Origin: Corallochytrium limacisporum Hawaii
Lineage: Eukaryota; Protista; Pluriformea
Direction: 5' to 3'
Assembly: GCA_002811645.1 (NCBI GenBank)
Contig: PDIP01000036.1
Coordinates: forward strand, 266,985 to 330,984
Length of the DNA: 64,000 nucleotides
The stretch's first letter is position 1. Each line of letters starts with the position of its first letter. Made by a program: the position numbers and the translations under genes. The notes below the pieces were generated by a model. That model was not told where the DNA came from, searched no databases, and was given only the letters and a program-made list of their open reading frames with translations. Positions 24,201 to 36,200 of the stretch are shown here, piece after piece.

Positions 24201-24572
24201 TTAGTGCTTCTCCTGTTGGCCACCCTGCTCACGGCGCTTGAGTTCCTTCTCGATGTGCTCCCGCATGTGCTCGAGTTCTTCCTGATTCTGGAGTGTTAAA
24301 AGTAGAGAAGAAAAACAGTCATAAAACAGGTTAGCCTACCCTGTCCATAACAAAGGATTCTTGATACAGACACAACAAGTACTTACCTTCTTGCGGAAGT
24401 AGGACTCTTCCATGAAGTGGGCACGCTCACCCAGAGTGCCACCGCCACTGCGGACGTTACCACCGCCACCGCCACCGTGGTGGGAACCAGAGCCAGCGCC
24501 ACCGGTGGAGCGCAGAATCATAGAGCGCTGGGCCAGAGACACGGCCCGGTAGGAAGCAATGCGATAGGTCAT
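24201..24572 (-). CDS. ATP5IF1: Mitochondrial ATP synthase inhibitor IF1, 2 exons: 24572-24387, 24287-24201
   Basis: 99-nt GTAAGT...GGCTAAC...CAG intron. Spliced 90-aa product: MTYRIASYRAVSLAQR...GGNVRSGGGTLGERAHFMEESYFRKK|NQEELEHMREHIEKELKRREQGGQQEKH, matching the IF1 pattern G.iR.aGG.f..r....E..YFR. Confidence 0.88.
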
Positions 24573-25651
24573 ATTTATCGTTAAGGTTTGCGTAAACAAC
24601 CCAAAAACTTGCTACTTCGGAAGGTGGAAGCAATACTTTGATGCTGTCCTTCGATTTGAAATACCTGTGTCACGTTCCAGAGCAATCCAAATGTTGGTTG
24701 TGACGCCATCCCAGACCGGCCATAAATGGTGAGGATCGGCTCCTGGATGAACAATTTAAATGAACCATATGACCGCCTCGTCCGCAATTTCTTGCAGCCA
24801 GTGACTTAGCAAGTGCAGCGCACCCAAACCCACCGTCCCATACGCACAAAGGTACCTGCTGACCTAGCGATCTCCTCCCGTCCTCGTAGTAGTGGTATAG
24901 CCGACCCACACCCATCGCGTGACTGTTCTATGACTAATGTTAGGCAATTTTGTTGTTGTTTTGCCACCTCGCGTGGTGGCCACAGACGGTCAGCGGGAGC
25001 AGCGCGCCGCCAAAGGAAATTTAGGGGGAGAGATGGCAGGTGAAAACTAAACGAGCCACCCCTTGGAAAACGGGGAAAAAGTTCCGCTGCTACCGTCTGC
25101 TCTCTTTGCGGTGTGCACAGACCATGCAGCACTACTACAGACGGTAACGGGTGCGCGTCAATTTATCTCGCACCGGGCGGCTCCTCACCGCCCCGTTCCG
25201 TTCCGCAGTGGCTGTGTCCACCAAGCCCGGTACACTGCGCTCTGCTCTGGCTGACTTGGCAATTTCCTGCGGAGGCCGGGTAGTACATTCACTACTGATG
25301 ACCCAAGGGAAAACAAAACAGAAAGCTGAGCGCAGTAGAGTCTTGGGTTGCTGAGCGGAGCAAATCTAATAATTAGTTAGGGTATCAGTTATATGATTCA
25401 TGAGCCAAACGGCGTCACCGCCACTTCCTGGTTCGGTGTTTGATCTCTTCTGATTTTACAATGTAAAGACTCTGGAACACATAGGGATCACGGCATGTCA
25501 TAAGATGGCAGATTGATGCTAAAATGATGAGTGTCTGTAAATCTATCTATTACATTCGATATGTCACTCTGAACCAGAATGTTCTGGGTTTGATCGAGAA
25601 CGATTTGACAAAGGGATATGAGGAAAGGATTTTTTGATGAATACGATTAGT

Positions 25652-26071
<420 letters not shown>

Positions 26072-26593
26072 CTATGTTTTAAATACGAAACTTAAATTTT
26101 GTGATATTTGCTGACATTCGACCCCGTTTCTGCGAGCATACAGTGACAAGGGCCAATACGCTGAGCCCTATTCGTCGAGGTTGTCATTCCTTTTTCCAAC
26201 AGCGGGCCCCCCTACCCCCCCCCCCCCCCCCCCTCGCCCGTTCCATACTGAAAGCACCACCTGTGACCAACTGCCCTCCACTGCACCTTTCTTCAGCCCG
26301 GTCGCAGGTGTTCTCTTCGCGAACTCCCCCTTAGGCAAGCGGGCCGACAATCCACCCAACCATCCCGAGGCCCGGGCCAACTCAAAGTCTCCAGGGCTGG
26401 GTGAGGGAAGGGCGGCCCGGGAGTTGCCGTGCCAGCACAATCTGACTCTCGTCTTCGTTTACACTAACATGTTTACACAGAATAAATTACTGGACATCAA
26501 GGGTATTTACATATGCTATTATTCCATGTCATTTGCCGCAAAATTACGGGCCATTTGGTAAACGGGTCAATATTTTCTAAATTCATTTCGATC

Positions 26594-26935
26594 ATGGACG
26601 AAGATAAACACGTGCTATCGGCAGAGGCAGATAAGCGTTTCCTAGAAAGCATTGTGCCGGACAAGAACAGAGATCTGCGGGCATGTCGTCGTTGCTACTT
26701 GATTAAAACAGCTCGCCAATTTGATGAAGCAGGGTGCGAGAACTGCCAGGACGCCTTTGAAAAGGAAGACTCTCTCACAACAAATTTTGACGGCTATGTC
26801 TCGGTCCTTGAGCCATCGAAGAGCTGGGTTGCACGGTACCAGGGTCTGACTGTGGAAGGAGGCCACGAGCCTGTACCCGGCCTCTATGCTGTCTCGATAC
26901 CTGAAAGTGATAAAGTCGGTCCGGTTATAGGATGA
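26594..26935 (+). CDS. SUPT4H1: Transcription elongation factor SPT4
   Basis: LRACRRCYLIKT..QF...GCENC zinc finger, TTNFDG, SWVARYQ, PGLYAVS. Confidence 0.93.
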   Translation: MDEDKHVLSAEADKRFLESIVPDKNRDLRACRRCYLIKTARQFDEAGCENCQDAFEKEDSLTTNFDGYVSVLEPSKSWVARYQGLTVEGGHEPVPGLYAVSIPESDKVGPVIG

Positions 26936-27243
26936 AAGTTGCATTTCAAAATTTCCATACGCGCGTCCGTCACGTACGCGTTCTAGCACCCATAGTGAAC
27001 CGTTTGGTGCTCTCTTGTGCCTGCATGGGCAGTAACATAACACATAACATAAATACATACATGATCATAGCGAATCACCCTCACGCAACTCATCTGATCT
27101 GTGATAACGGGAACGAAGTGGAAGGGAGGCTACAGATCTAACATGGAAAATGATGAATCATTGTTTAATTTTCATACAATATAAACATGGGCAAGATGAT
27201 GTGTGGTGCTAGGAGCCATGACCTCCTGAGCAGAAAGTTTGCC

Positions 27244-28830
27244 TTAGTCCACAGTGCTTGAGGGCTGGTAGTCCTTCTCAGCGGTTGCGTAGAAGTCTTC
27301 AAGCTGGAACTTAAGGCTCTCAAACGTGGGACGCTCGTCGGGATTGGCATCCCAGCACTTCTCCATTATCGAATAAAGCTCATCGGGGCATCCCTTGGGC
27401 TGAGGCATGCGGTAACCCTTCTGTACCATGTCGAGGACTTCTGCGTTGGACATGGCAGGGTAAGGGTTGCCACCACCAGTGACCAATTCCGTCAAAAGGA
27501 TACCGAACGACCAGACATCGGACTTGATGGTGAACTTCGACCGCAGCATGGCTTCCGGTGCAGTCCATTTGATCGGAAACTTCGCTCCCTCATGTGCGGC
27601 GTACTCAGAGTCGTTTTCAATCAAACGAGCGAGACCAAAATCAGCAACCTTGACAATGTTGTTCTCTCCAACGAGAACGTTTCGCGCCGCCAGATCACGA
27701 TGGATGAAGTTCCTGGACTCTAAGTATGCCATACCATCAGCAACCTGAGCAGCAATGTCGATTAGAATGGGCAGAGTTAGATCAGCATGGCCCCGCAGGT
27801 AGTCCAGAAGCGAACCGTGCTTCATCAATTCCGTAATAATGTAGAAAGGTTCCCGATCAGTGCACACGGCGTAGAGACGGATCAGCTTGTCATGGCGCAG
27901 TTTCTTCATCACCTGAGCCTCAGCCAGGAACTCTTGGGGTTGCATGCTACCCGGCTTGAGGGTCTTCACAGCAACGGGAGTAGTTCCGCGCCACACTCCG
28001 GCCCATACTTCTCCAAACTGTCCAGCACCCAGCTTCTTCTTGAGCTTGATATCTGTGCGAGGAATTTCCCACTGATCTTTAAGGTTGTATGCCAGATCGG
28101 GCAAGACGGGTCTCTCTGCAGGGGGACATGCCTTGCCCAAGCGACAGCACAGACCATCAGGATCGTTGCGGTAGTGATCAACCAAATCGTTCAGAGTTGC
28201 AAAAGCCAGGCCACGACTAATAAAGTAGCTCTTATCGTCCATACGACGGATGCGGTAGTGCTTGACAGTCTGACCATCGCGAACACTGAGAGAGTAGTCA
28301 CCTGGACGAGATTCACTCTCGCGAATAAGGAACCCGGCAGGCCCGACAGTGTGTAACAGCAGCTTCTCAGCAACGTTCCGGCTGATGCTTCCGTGGAACC
28401 ACTCCTCTTGTTGCAAAGAACGAACAGGGGCAATGAAATTGCTCGGAATGTAACCCTTCTGACCTGTGGATAGACTTTCAGCCTGCCACCAATCGCCGTC
28501 TGCGTTGTTGATAATTCGCAACTTCTCCCCCCGGCGGAAGCTTAAGTCTTCCGGAGTCCGTGCCTCGTAGTCATACAATGCCTGGAAGAGTTCTTCTTCA
28601 GCAGGAGGTGGTGATGTCGCCAGCTGACGAGCTTCCATGACTGGAGGTGCATGCATCTGCATAGGAATTTTCTGAGGTTCTTGCTGCTGGGCCATGCCGG
28701 GAGGTCTCTGGACCTGACCTTGGGACTGGGCAAACTTCTGTGCATTAGGTTGTCCGTTTACGAACCCGCCATTTTGAACCCGTACAGGCTGCTGCCGCTG
28801 TTGAGTCTCCGTACTACAGCAACCGCCCAT
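27244..28830 (-). CDS. SRC: Src-family non-receptor tyrosine kinase
   Basis: MGGCCS lipidation motif, SH3 ALYDY, SH2 FLIRES, kinase motifs GAGQFG / HRDLAARN / [10 protein letters not shown], and a C-terminal tail Tyr (DYQP). Confidence 0.95.
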   Translation of the reverse strand: MGGCCSTETQQRQQPVRVQNGGFVNGQPNAQKFAQSQGQVQRPPGMAQQQEPQKIPMQMHAPPVMEARQLATSPPPAEEELFQALYDYEARTPEDLSFRRGEKLRIINNADGDWWQAESLSTGQKGYIPSNFIAPVRSLQQEEWFHGSISRNVAEKLLLHTVGPAGFLIRESESRPGDYSLSVRDGQTVKHYRIRRMDDKSYFISRGLAFATLNDLVDHYRNDPDGLCCRLGKACPPAERPVLPDLAYNLKDQWEIPRTDIKLKKKLGAGQFGEVWAGVWRGTTPVAVKTLKPGSMQPQEFLAEAQVMKKLRHDKLIRLYAVCTDREPFYIITELMKHGSLLDYLRGHADLTLPILIDIAAQVADGMAYLESRNFIHRDLAARNVLVGENNIVKVADFGLARLIENDSEYAAHEGAKFPIKWTAPEAMLRSKFTIKSDVWSFGILLTELVTGGGNPYPAMSNAEVLDMVQKGYRMPQPKGCPDELYSIMEKCWDANPDERPTFESLKFQLEDFYATAEKDYQPSSTVD

Positions 28831-30113
28831 TGTGTTTGTTCGTGCTCAAAGTAATTTCGAGTAGTCTATAGTATTGTCTGGCAAAGGAAAGACCTTTCAA
28901 TTCCCAGGAACCCCCAGTCTTGTAGACTGTCTGAGTATGTGAACAATAGTGTGTTCTATCTGGAATAAGAATCACCCTAACACAGACACAGCATACGAAA
29001 GTTTGACTCAGGTATACTGATCGGTAATTTTTCCGAACCGCCTATGGTCCTAAGGAAAGTTTCCCGCGTTAACTCTATTCAGTGGTGCATGTTATACATG
29101 CTATGTAATGGTTTTGCAGTTGTGAATGAAGACCATAGCATATATTTTAGAGACAATCTCCCACCTATACCTTCTTCGCGACTGGATCGGAACTCCATGA
29201 ACACTCTGTTCACTCCAAATGGACAGGCTCTAAAAGTTGACTCCAACGATACCTGAAAGCAACAAGCAAACGGTTCCGCCTATTTGCGATGTGGCTCACC
29301 CCGTGTTTTGTCTCATAAAAGCCAGCCCTCCAGCGACTTTTTTTTTGCTCCCTTCTCCAATGGCTTGGCCCGTTTCCCCCCTTTGGTGCTGAGGTTGTGT
29401 CTCTGGTTTTTTCCCGGTTCACAAAATAAACACATCCTCCTCTGGCCTCTTCGTTTTGGGCCTCTTTATGTGAGTCCATTCCATACATGGCATTCATACC
29501 GTCGACAGCAACACTGACCAAGAAAGCGAGAACGAATTGAGGGGAGAGGGAAGAAAGGGAAAATGGGCCACCTTACTTTTTTCCTTTCTTTTTTTCTTTC
29601 AAAAAAGATCAAAATCAATGAAAGGAAACTGGCAAGAATGCAAACATAGCGGTCACCGGTATCAGTACATTAAGTATATACCTATGTGATTCTCCGGAAC
29701 ACCAGAGCACGTAACAAAGAACGACAAAGAGGAATACCGGAGAGACACCGGCCATCTGCTGCAGTTTCTGTCCGCCCGTTGCGGCGAACCTCCAATGCTT
29801 ACCAAAGAGAGAAGGTGTCCGATGTTTCCATACTTAATATACTGAATCGCCACGTCTCCAGAGGGGTCCTAATGTACTTTATTGGGAAACCGTTCGGACC
29901 ATTTCCGTTGGTACCAGGGTCTTAGCTTCTCTCCCTGGCCTTCGGGAAAACCCTCTCGGACCTCGTTAGGGCCTTGGCTGATAATACTCAATGAACTGTT
30001 CCAAAACCACAAAACAATCAAAAAAATGAAAACGAGAGAAACAAGGTGAACGGACATCGGGGTCGGTCCCCCCCTCCACTTCTCCTTTTCTAACGCTGGC
30101 GGGCCCACTGTTA

Positions 30114-30144
30114 CTGCTGCTGCTGCTGCTTGCTGCTGCTGCTG
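30114..30144. repeat. Imperfect (CTG)n trinucleotide repeat
   Basis: ctgctgctgctgctgct-tgctgctgctgctg in non-coding DNA upstream of Src. Confidence 0.85.
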
Positions 30145-30908
30145 GCCTTGGGACGGCGCTTGGAGTTCGCCAGAGTTGGACCAGCCAATTCTACTGCACT
30201 ACCAGCTGGTAGCCAGTCAGAACTGGGGGAAACCCAAGGGGGGAGGAGGAAGGGGACGGAGAGAAACAAAGGGGAAAAAAAAGGCCCAAAAAGAAATACG
30301 AAAACACGCGAGCGGTGTGAAGGGAAGGAAACCGGGGCGGTTGGGGTGGCCAAACAGTTCCGACCCGGGGCGAGGGAGGGAGGGGGCCAACCAAGCACCA
30401 CAGAAAAAAAAATGTGATTTCCGGGAAGTTTCCGGTTATTCAGAAAAAGGCCCGGGGAGGGGTGGGGAGGGAAAGTAGTTTTCGGCGAGGGGTGAGACCA
30501 ATGGATGGCCCGCGCGTCCAACTCACCAACGGCCAGCCAACCCTCTCCCGTGGCTCTTTTTCTGCTGCGGAGGCTGGTGTGGTGAGTGGCGGCGCGCCTC
30601 CATGGCCGTTGCTTTCTTTAACCTTTCGTTTTTCTTTTTTGGTTTTAGAATTCCAATCAGCCCCGTTTCTTCTGTTGTCCGCTCCTTTTTTTTTTCTTTG
30701 GTGCCTCTCTCTGTCTTTTGGCTTGTGCGCCCCACTGCCCATCATTCTCATTTTTTGCGAGAGACCCCCGCTGAGAGAAAGAAGCTCCCGGGCCCGGGGA
30801 ACCACAGAACTAAAAGAAAAAATGGGAAATATAAAAAAAAACACGAGAGAGACTGAAGAAGGGTGGGTGGGTGGAAGAGAAAAGAGTAGGTCCCCCCCCC
30901 CCCTCCCC

Positions 30909-31133
30909 NNNNNNNNNNNNNNNNNNNNNNNNNNNNNNNNNNNNNNNNNNNNNNNNNNNNNNNNNNNNNNNNNNNNNNNNNNNNNNNNNNNNNNNNNNNN
31001 NNNNNNNNNNNNNNNNNNNNNNNNNNNNNNNNNNNNNNNNNNNNNNNNNNNNNNNNNNNNNNNNNNNNNNNNNNNNNNNNNNNNNNNNNNNNNNNNNNNN
31101 NNNNNNNNNNNNNNNNNNNNNNNNNNNNNNNNN
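30909..31133. other. Assembly gap (225 N)
   Basis: N run flanked by poly-C and poly-G. Confidence 1.
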
Positions 31134-32154
31134 GGGGTAAAAGGGGGGAGGCGGTTCTCCCCGTTCCCTGTTGCCCACTGTCCTTCCCGTCAACCTCATG
31201 CCGCCCCCCCCCTCCCTCCAACCCCTATTTCACTGCTCGTACTGATTCTATCAGCACCTAACCCCCTCCCCCTTTTTCTTCTCCTACTTTGGTATGTTTT
31301 CCCCTTCTCCTCGCCAACCTTTTCCCATACATTCTCTAGCGTAAGGGTGTGATATGTTGAAGGGCGGTGTGTTTACTTTGCCAAGGGCCCAACTCACCCT
31401 CTGCGGACTGGTTCCCGGCCAACCAGCCGTCCGGGGATAAATGATTTGAACCGGGGCCGGCCAACAGTAATGAGTGTATGAACTGCCGATGAATGGGCCC
31501 TTTTTATTTTTCGTTTTGGGCTGGAACCAATTACAGCCAACCTCCGAGGGCAACCGCCTGCAAGCGAAGCACGATCGATATCTGTGGTGGCGGGCTTTGG
31601 GAAGTGCCCGCTACATTGATTATGAATTTGCGATCCCCCGGGCATGGGGAGACTGGGAGGGAAACCTGCGCCCTCCCTTCCGTCCCTCCGATCGGGAGAA
31701 GGGCAGCTGGCCTCCAGGCAGCGCATAAGAGAAACCGAAGGAAGGGGAAGTTTTTTTTTCTTTGTTTTCAGAAATTTAAAGTCAGCCTTTTTGGCCCCAC
31801 AACCGTAACTACCACGTCTCAGCTCAACTTTTTATTTCTGCTTTTGTCTTTTCTTTTTTTTTTCTTGCTGGAAACAGAAAAGGCCCGTGTGGGCCTTCGT
31901 TTCAACTCCCCAGGTCAGTGGCTTTTTTACGCGCCAGATCCGTCCGATTGGCTTCGTTCCCCCTGTCTACTAACTACCGGCGACGAGGGAAGGGTCCCCC
32001 CCCCTCTCCCGGGGGACCCAGAAAGAGGTTGACTAATTAGATAGCGAACTTAAAAAAAGCAGATTGCACCGGCGGTGAAAAGAAAAAAAAAGGGAAAGAA
32101 CTGAACCCCCATATGATCGGTTTAATGAAATTGATTCTGGGCACGCAGCTGCCG

Positions 32155-32838
32155 TCATCGATTCTTCCGTGGTCGCCGGACTGCTTTCAGCACCTTGAGG
32201 TGTTCAGGTCCAGCCCTACGCTCCACAATGGTGCTGACCTCAAGTTCCTGTGTCGAGAGTTGCTCAGTTAAATCTGCTAAATCGTTTTCTGGTAATGCAA
32301 TCATGTACAGTGTACCACCGTCCGTGAGGAGCATTCCGATGTCCGGCAGGATGCGATCCGTTACCTCACGGCCTTTAACACCCCCGGCCCATGATCGAGC
32401 CAAACTTGAGCTGTTGATTTCCTCCGTTGAAGTTGGAACGTAGGGTGGATTAAAGAGGATCACATCAGCAAACCCCACGGATGGTGAAAAGCGAAGGGCG
32501 CTATGTAAATCTGAGGTAATAGTGTCGATTGGTATCTTATTAGCTTGTCCTGTTTTGTACGTCGCATTTGTCGCCCTGGGATTTATGTCGATACCTACAA
32601 AATGGCACGGTATCTCGTGTGATGTTTCCTCTATCGCTTTCAAAACGATACCCAGATGAGAAAGTACCACACCGCTCCCGCAGCCGATCTCCATGGCCAA
32701 TGCCGGTTTCAAATTTGCTAAGTGTTCCAGGTCTCCTTCGATTGCATCCATGAGAAGAAACGTGTCCTCAGCTGGTTCATATAGATGATTAAAGTCCTCA
32801 GAACCCAGGTGCGCCGTTTTGGGACTTGGAAACTTCAT
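32155..32838 (-). CDS. N6AMT1: eRF1 glutamine methyltransferase HemK2/Mtq2
   Basis: YEPAEDTFLL, EIGCGSG SAM-binding motif, FNPPYVPT, WAGG..GREV. Confidence 0.95.
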   Translation of the reverse strand: MKFPSPKTAHLGSEDFNHLYEPAEDTFLLMDAIEGDLEHLANLKPALAMEIGCGSGVVLSHLGIVLKAIEETSHEIPCHFVGIDINPRATNATYKTGQANKIPIDTITSDLHSALRFSPSVGFADVILFNPPYVPTSTEEINSSSLARSWAGGVKGREVTDRILPDIGMLLTDGGTLYMIALPENDLADLTEQLSTQELEVSTIVERRAGPEHLKVLKAVRRPRKNR

Positions 32839-33113
32839 GATGAAACTCTGTCCTCTTGTTTAACGTCTTGATCCTCATTCTTCGCGGCCCTTGGGAAAAA
32901 GAAAGGTGCCCATGTGGAAAGGCTATTCTCTGTTGCTTTTACGCCCCGCAGATTTCCCTCTGTTGACGCCCTTTGGCTCAGTGTATCTACCTCAGTTTCG
33001 ATATCTTTCAAATGTGATATCGTTGTCTGCAATTCCTTCACAATGGCGACGTCAACCTGCAAGTCTCTATCTTGTTCGATGGCCGCATTGATTTCCTCCA
33101 AAGTCAGTGGCAT
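32835..33113 (-). CDS. Small coiled-coil protein, putative DASH/Dam1 complex subunit Ask1
   Basis: 92 aa from ATG 33113. The pattern D..I...LQ...S.L followed by W..FF resembles the Ask1 N-terminal domain (by-eye comparison). Its stop overlaps the N6AMT1 start (ATGA). Confidence 0.5.
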   Translation of the reverse strand: MPLTLEEINAAIEQDRDLQVDVAIVKELQTTISHLKDIETEVDTLSQRASTEGNLRGVKATENSLSTWAPFFFPRAAKNEDQDVKQEDRVSS

Positions 33114-33237
33114 GGTCTGCACGGACCAACTGTTAGCGTCTACTTGTACGATTTAAACCTCACTAACTAACTTTATCGAAATATAAAGCAAATCGAAAGC
33201 AAAATTGTTGGGTGTGGTGGTCCACAGCGGTATCGTC

Positions 33238-36200
33238 TCAACTAGCTGCAGGCGCAAGGGTGATAGAGACATTGCTTCCTCTCCCTCTCCGCAATGTCGC
33301 AGGTTCGGTGGGGGCCCAGGTGCGCAGGCGAAGGAAACACAGTCCTATGCCAACCACACCAACAGTAATATCCTGGGCAATGTCATCTGTGTCTTTTCGA
33401 GCACCTTCAGCTTCCTTTTCCACTGGGACATCAATTGGGACATTAGAAAAGAAATCCATGTCCTGTGGATCGGCCACATGAATGATAGTACTGGCGGTTA
33501 GCGAGAAACTCAGGACAGTCTCATCGACGGTCCAAATATTGAGTCGTTGGTCGATTGATAAGCTCATGAACATCAAGGGATCTCGCTTGTTCTTGCGACG
33601 TGGCAGCCATTTGATGCATGTCACCATTGAGCTGTGGGCAGCTTCTTCGACAAAGAAATCCACCTTGCGGGCGTCATCCGCGTACACCTCGGTCAAGGCT
33701 ATGGCATTGTCATCTCCTCCCGAGGCAACGAGCCACGAGTCTTTGGCATGCTCCACCACTGCGATAGCGTTCACGCCAGACTGATGAGGCCGAAACTTAC
33801 TACGGGGCGTGCCAGTGGCCGGATCCATCCGTTGCACTTCACCATTGGTAAGTCCGACCAGAACGATTTCTTCAGGACTTCCTTCAGTTCGCGTGATCCA
33901 TTGCATACTGAGGATACATCGGCCAGCCTTGTATGACCAAATCACATTGTGATGGCGGCTTTCTGCATCTATTTCCACTCTGAATAGGTGCATATTGGAG
34001 GATCCGGCCAAGAACACCAATGGATTTTGCGGGCTGGTGGTGATGGCCATGTAGCGCGCTTCATCGTTTTGTCCAAGGGAGTCACCCACGGACTTTACCA
34101 AATGTTGTGGCAAACCAGAGCGGAACAAGAATCGGAGGCGCCGGTGCCTTCCCTCCAGAACCTGACCTTCCCAGGAACGAATTTCCTCTTTCGCACCTGC
34201 AGAATACATCCAGATCTGCTGATCCTGCCCAGTCACAGCGAGGGACGTAATTGTGCCCTTGTGACGTTCAAGGATGTGTACGTTCATCGGAGGTTCTCGT
34301 CGTGAACGCGGATTGCGATTCACCGATGCATCCCAGTGATGAACCATGGCGTATCCTGCATCTCCGCCACTGATACCACATAAGGTCGTGTCATCTAGTT
34401 TGCGAAGACAGAGAGCACGGCTCTCTCGGGTATGAGACGGAGGGAAGTGCCGCTCAATCAAGCGCCAGTGACTCTTTGTATGGTCCAAATTCTGGGCAAT
34501 GGCAATGTTCAATTTAGAGTCGCGGATGTATCCAAACCAATACCTGAGTGTTCCAGATTCAGTCTGGTAGTAGCTCGATGTCCAGGATCTGTGATGACCT
34601 CCACAGGGAACAGAAAGCATCAGTTTCTTATCCTGCAAATTGTACAGGTTGAATGATTTGTTGAAGAAACATCCAACGATGACAACAAAATCGTCCCGGA
34701 TTCCGAGTTGCTTGTTGGTCCGATCGTGTACAGATGAATTGCCAAGCGGCAAGAGGCATGCGATTAGATTTGCATTTCTTGCCACCTTGGTCATTTTGAA
34801 TATTTCAATCCTTTCAATGACCCACGTAGTCGATTCGTCGGCATTGGTGTTCTCTTTCACTGCAAACAAGCAAATTGCACCGTCCATCATACCACAGCTC
34901 AAATAGTGTCCCGAGTCTGTCACGTAAATGCTTGCAATTCCTCTTTTACTGTGAACGCTCGCAGTGGTCACCGTCGACTCCACAACACCAGTGGTATCGG
35001 CAGAGATCTGGAAAGCCCGCACGAAACCATTGCGCATACCAGTGACAACTAGATTCCTTTCTGCATCAAAAGCTGCAGAGGTAATCATTTCGTCCACAGA
35101 GGTCTCCCATTGGAAGATCATCCCAGGGACTGTGCTAGTCGGGTTGTTCACATCGCACGTCCACAGTGTGTGTTGGCCTTGTGAATCACATATCAGCAAC
35201 ATTGATGGGGAGAGTGGCTCCATCACTGAGACATTGGCAATATTCAGCCCCGCGAACTCTTCAATATTAGCAGCCTGATCGATGCGAAGAATTACTCCAG
35301 CAAATGTTGCACATAGAATGCACTGTCCATCTGCTGTCCCTTTGCTTACGAGGCACCGACGCAAGAACTCGCTGTGCGAGGAAATTGCATGGGCCATAAA
35401 CTCATCAGGGCCATGTGCCATACTACCCACTGAGATTCGACCGTCATCATAAAATACACATGCAAATGATGAGGAACCTCCAAATGCCTGGATGCGACTC
35501 ACACTTGCTTTGCTGTCGTCTATGACTACTTCAATCTCCGGATGACTCTCGTCTATACCGACTGCCGACGCCGTCTGCCATACCTTAATCTCACCATTGT
35601 CATGACCTAGAAGTACATCATTTCCGCCTGTATCATTCGTACACTCAGCCGTTGGGATGACTGTACTGGTCCAAATGCTGTTCCCTGCAAGTCCCACCCT
35701 CTCCGCCACACGGGTAACTTCTTTACTATTGGAGGCATCCCAGAGTATAGCACGGCCGTCTTCGCCAGTCGATAGCAATTCGACAACTGTAGCTGCATGC
35801 CACGATACATTCCAAACACGTCCATGATGACCGCGAAGCACTGCATACGGAACCAAAGTTTCGTTCTCCGTGATATCTTGGAGATTCCACAACCGTACCG
35901 TACGATCATCCGAACCGGACGCCAGTAGGCTGTGTTGATGAGGATTAAATGACAAAGTAAAGATGGCGCCTTCATGGCCTTTGAGAAACACAGGGGTACT
36001 ATACTTTCCTTCCTCAAAACTCCATAGAAAGATTTCCTTGAAGACGGTACCGATAGCAACCGTTGGCTGATCGTCGGGTTGGAATGCCGCCGCGTACAAA
36101 ATTGAGCAATACTGTCCTTCATGTGTTACGGAGCTTCCAAAACAGATACTGTCATCTGATACATGCACAGGTACCCGGATCACCTTGTTATGCGCCGTAA

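Noticed and set aside
30414-31352. ORFs spanning the N gaps (also 53116-53707)
   Set aside because: Open only because Ns contain no stop codons.
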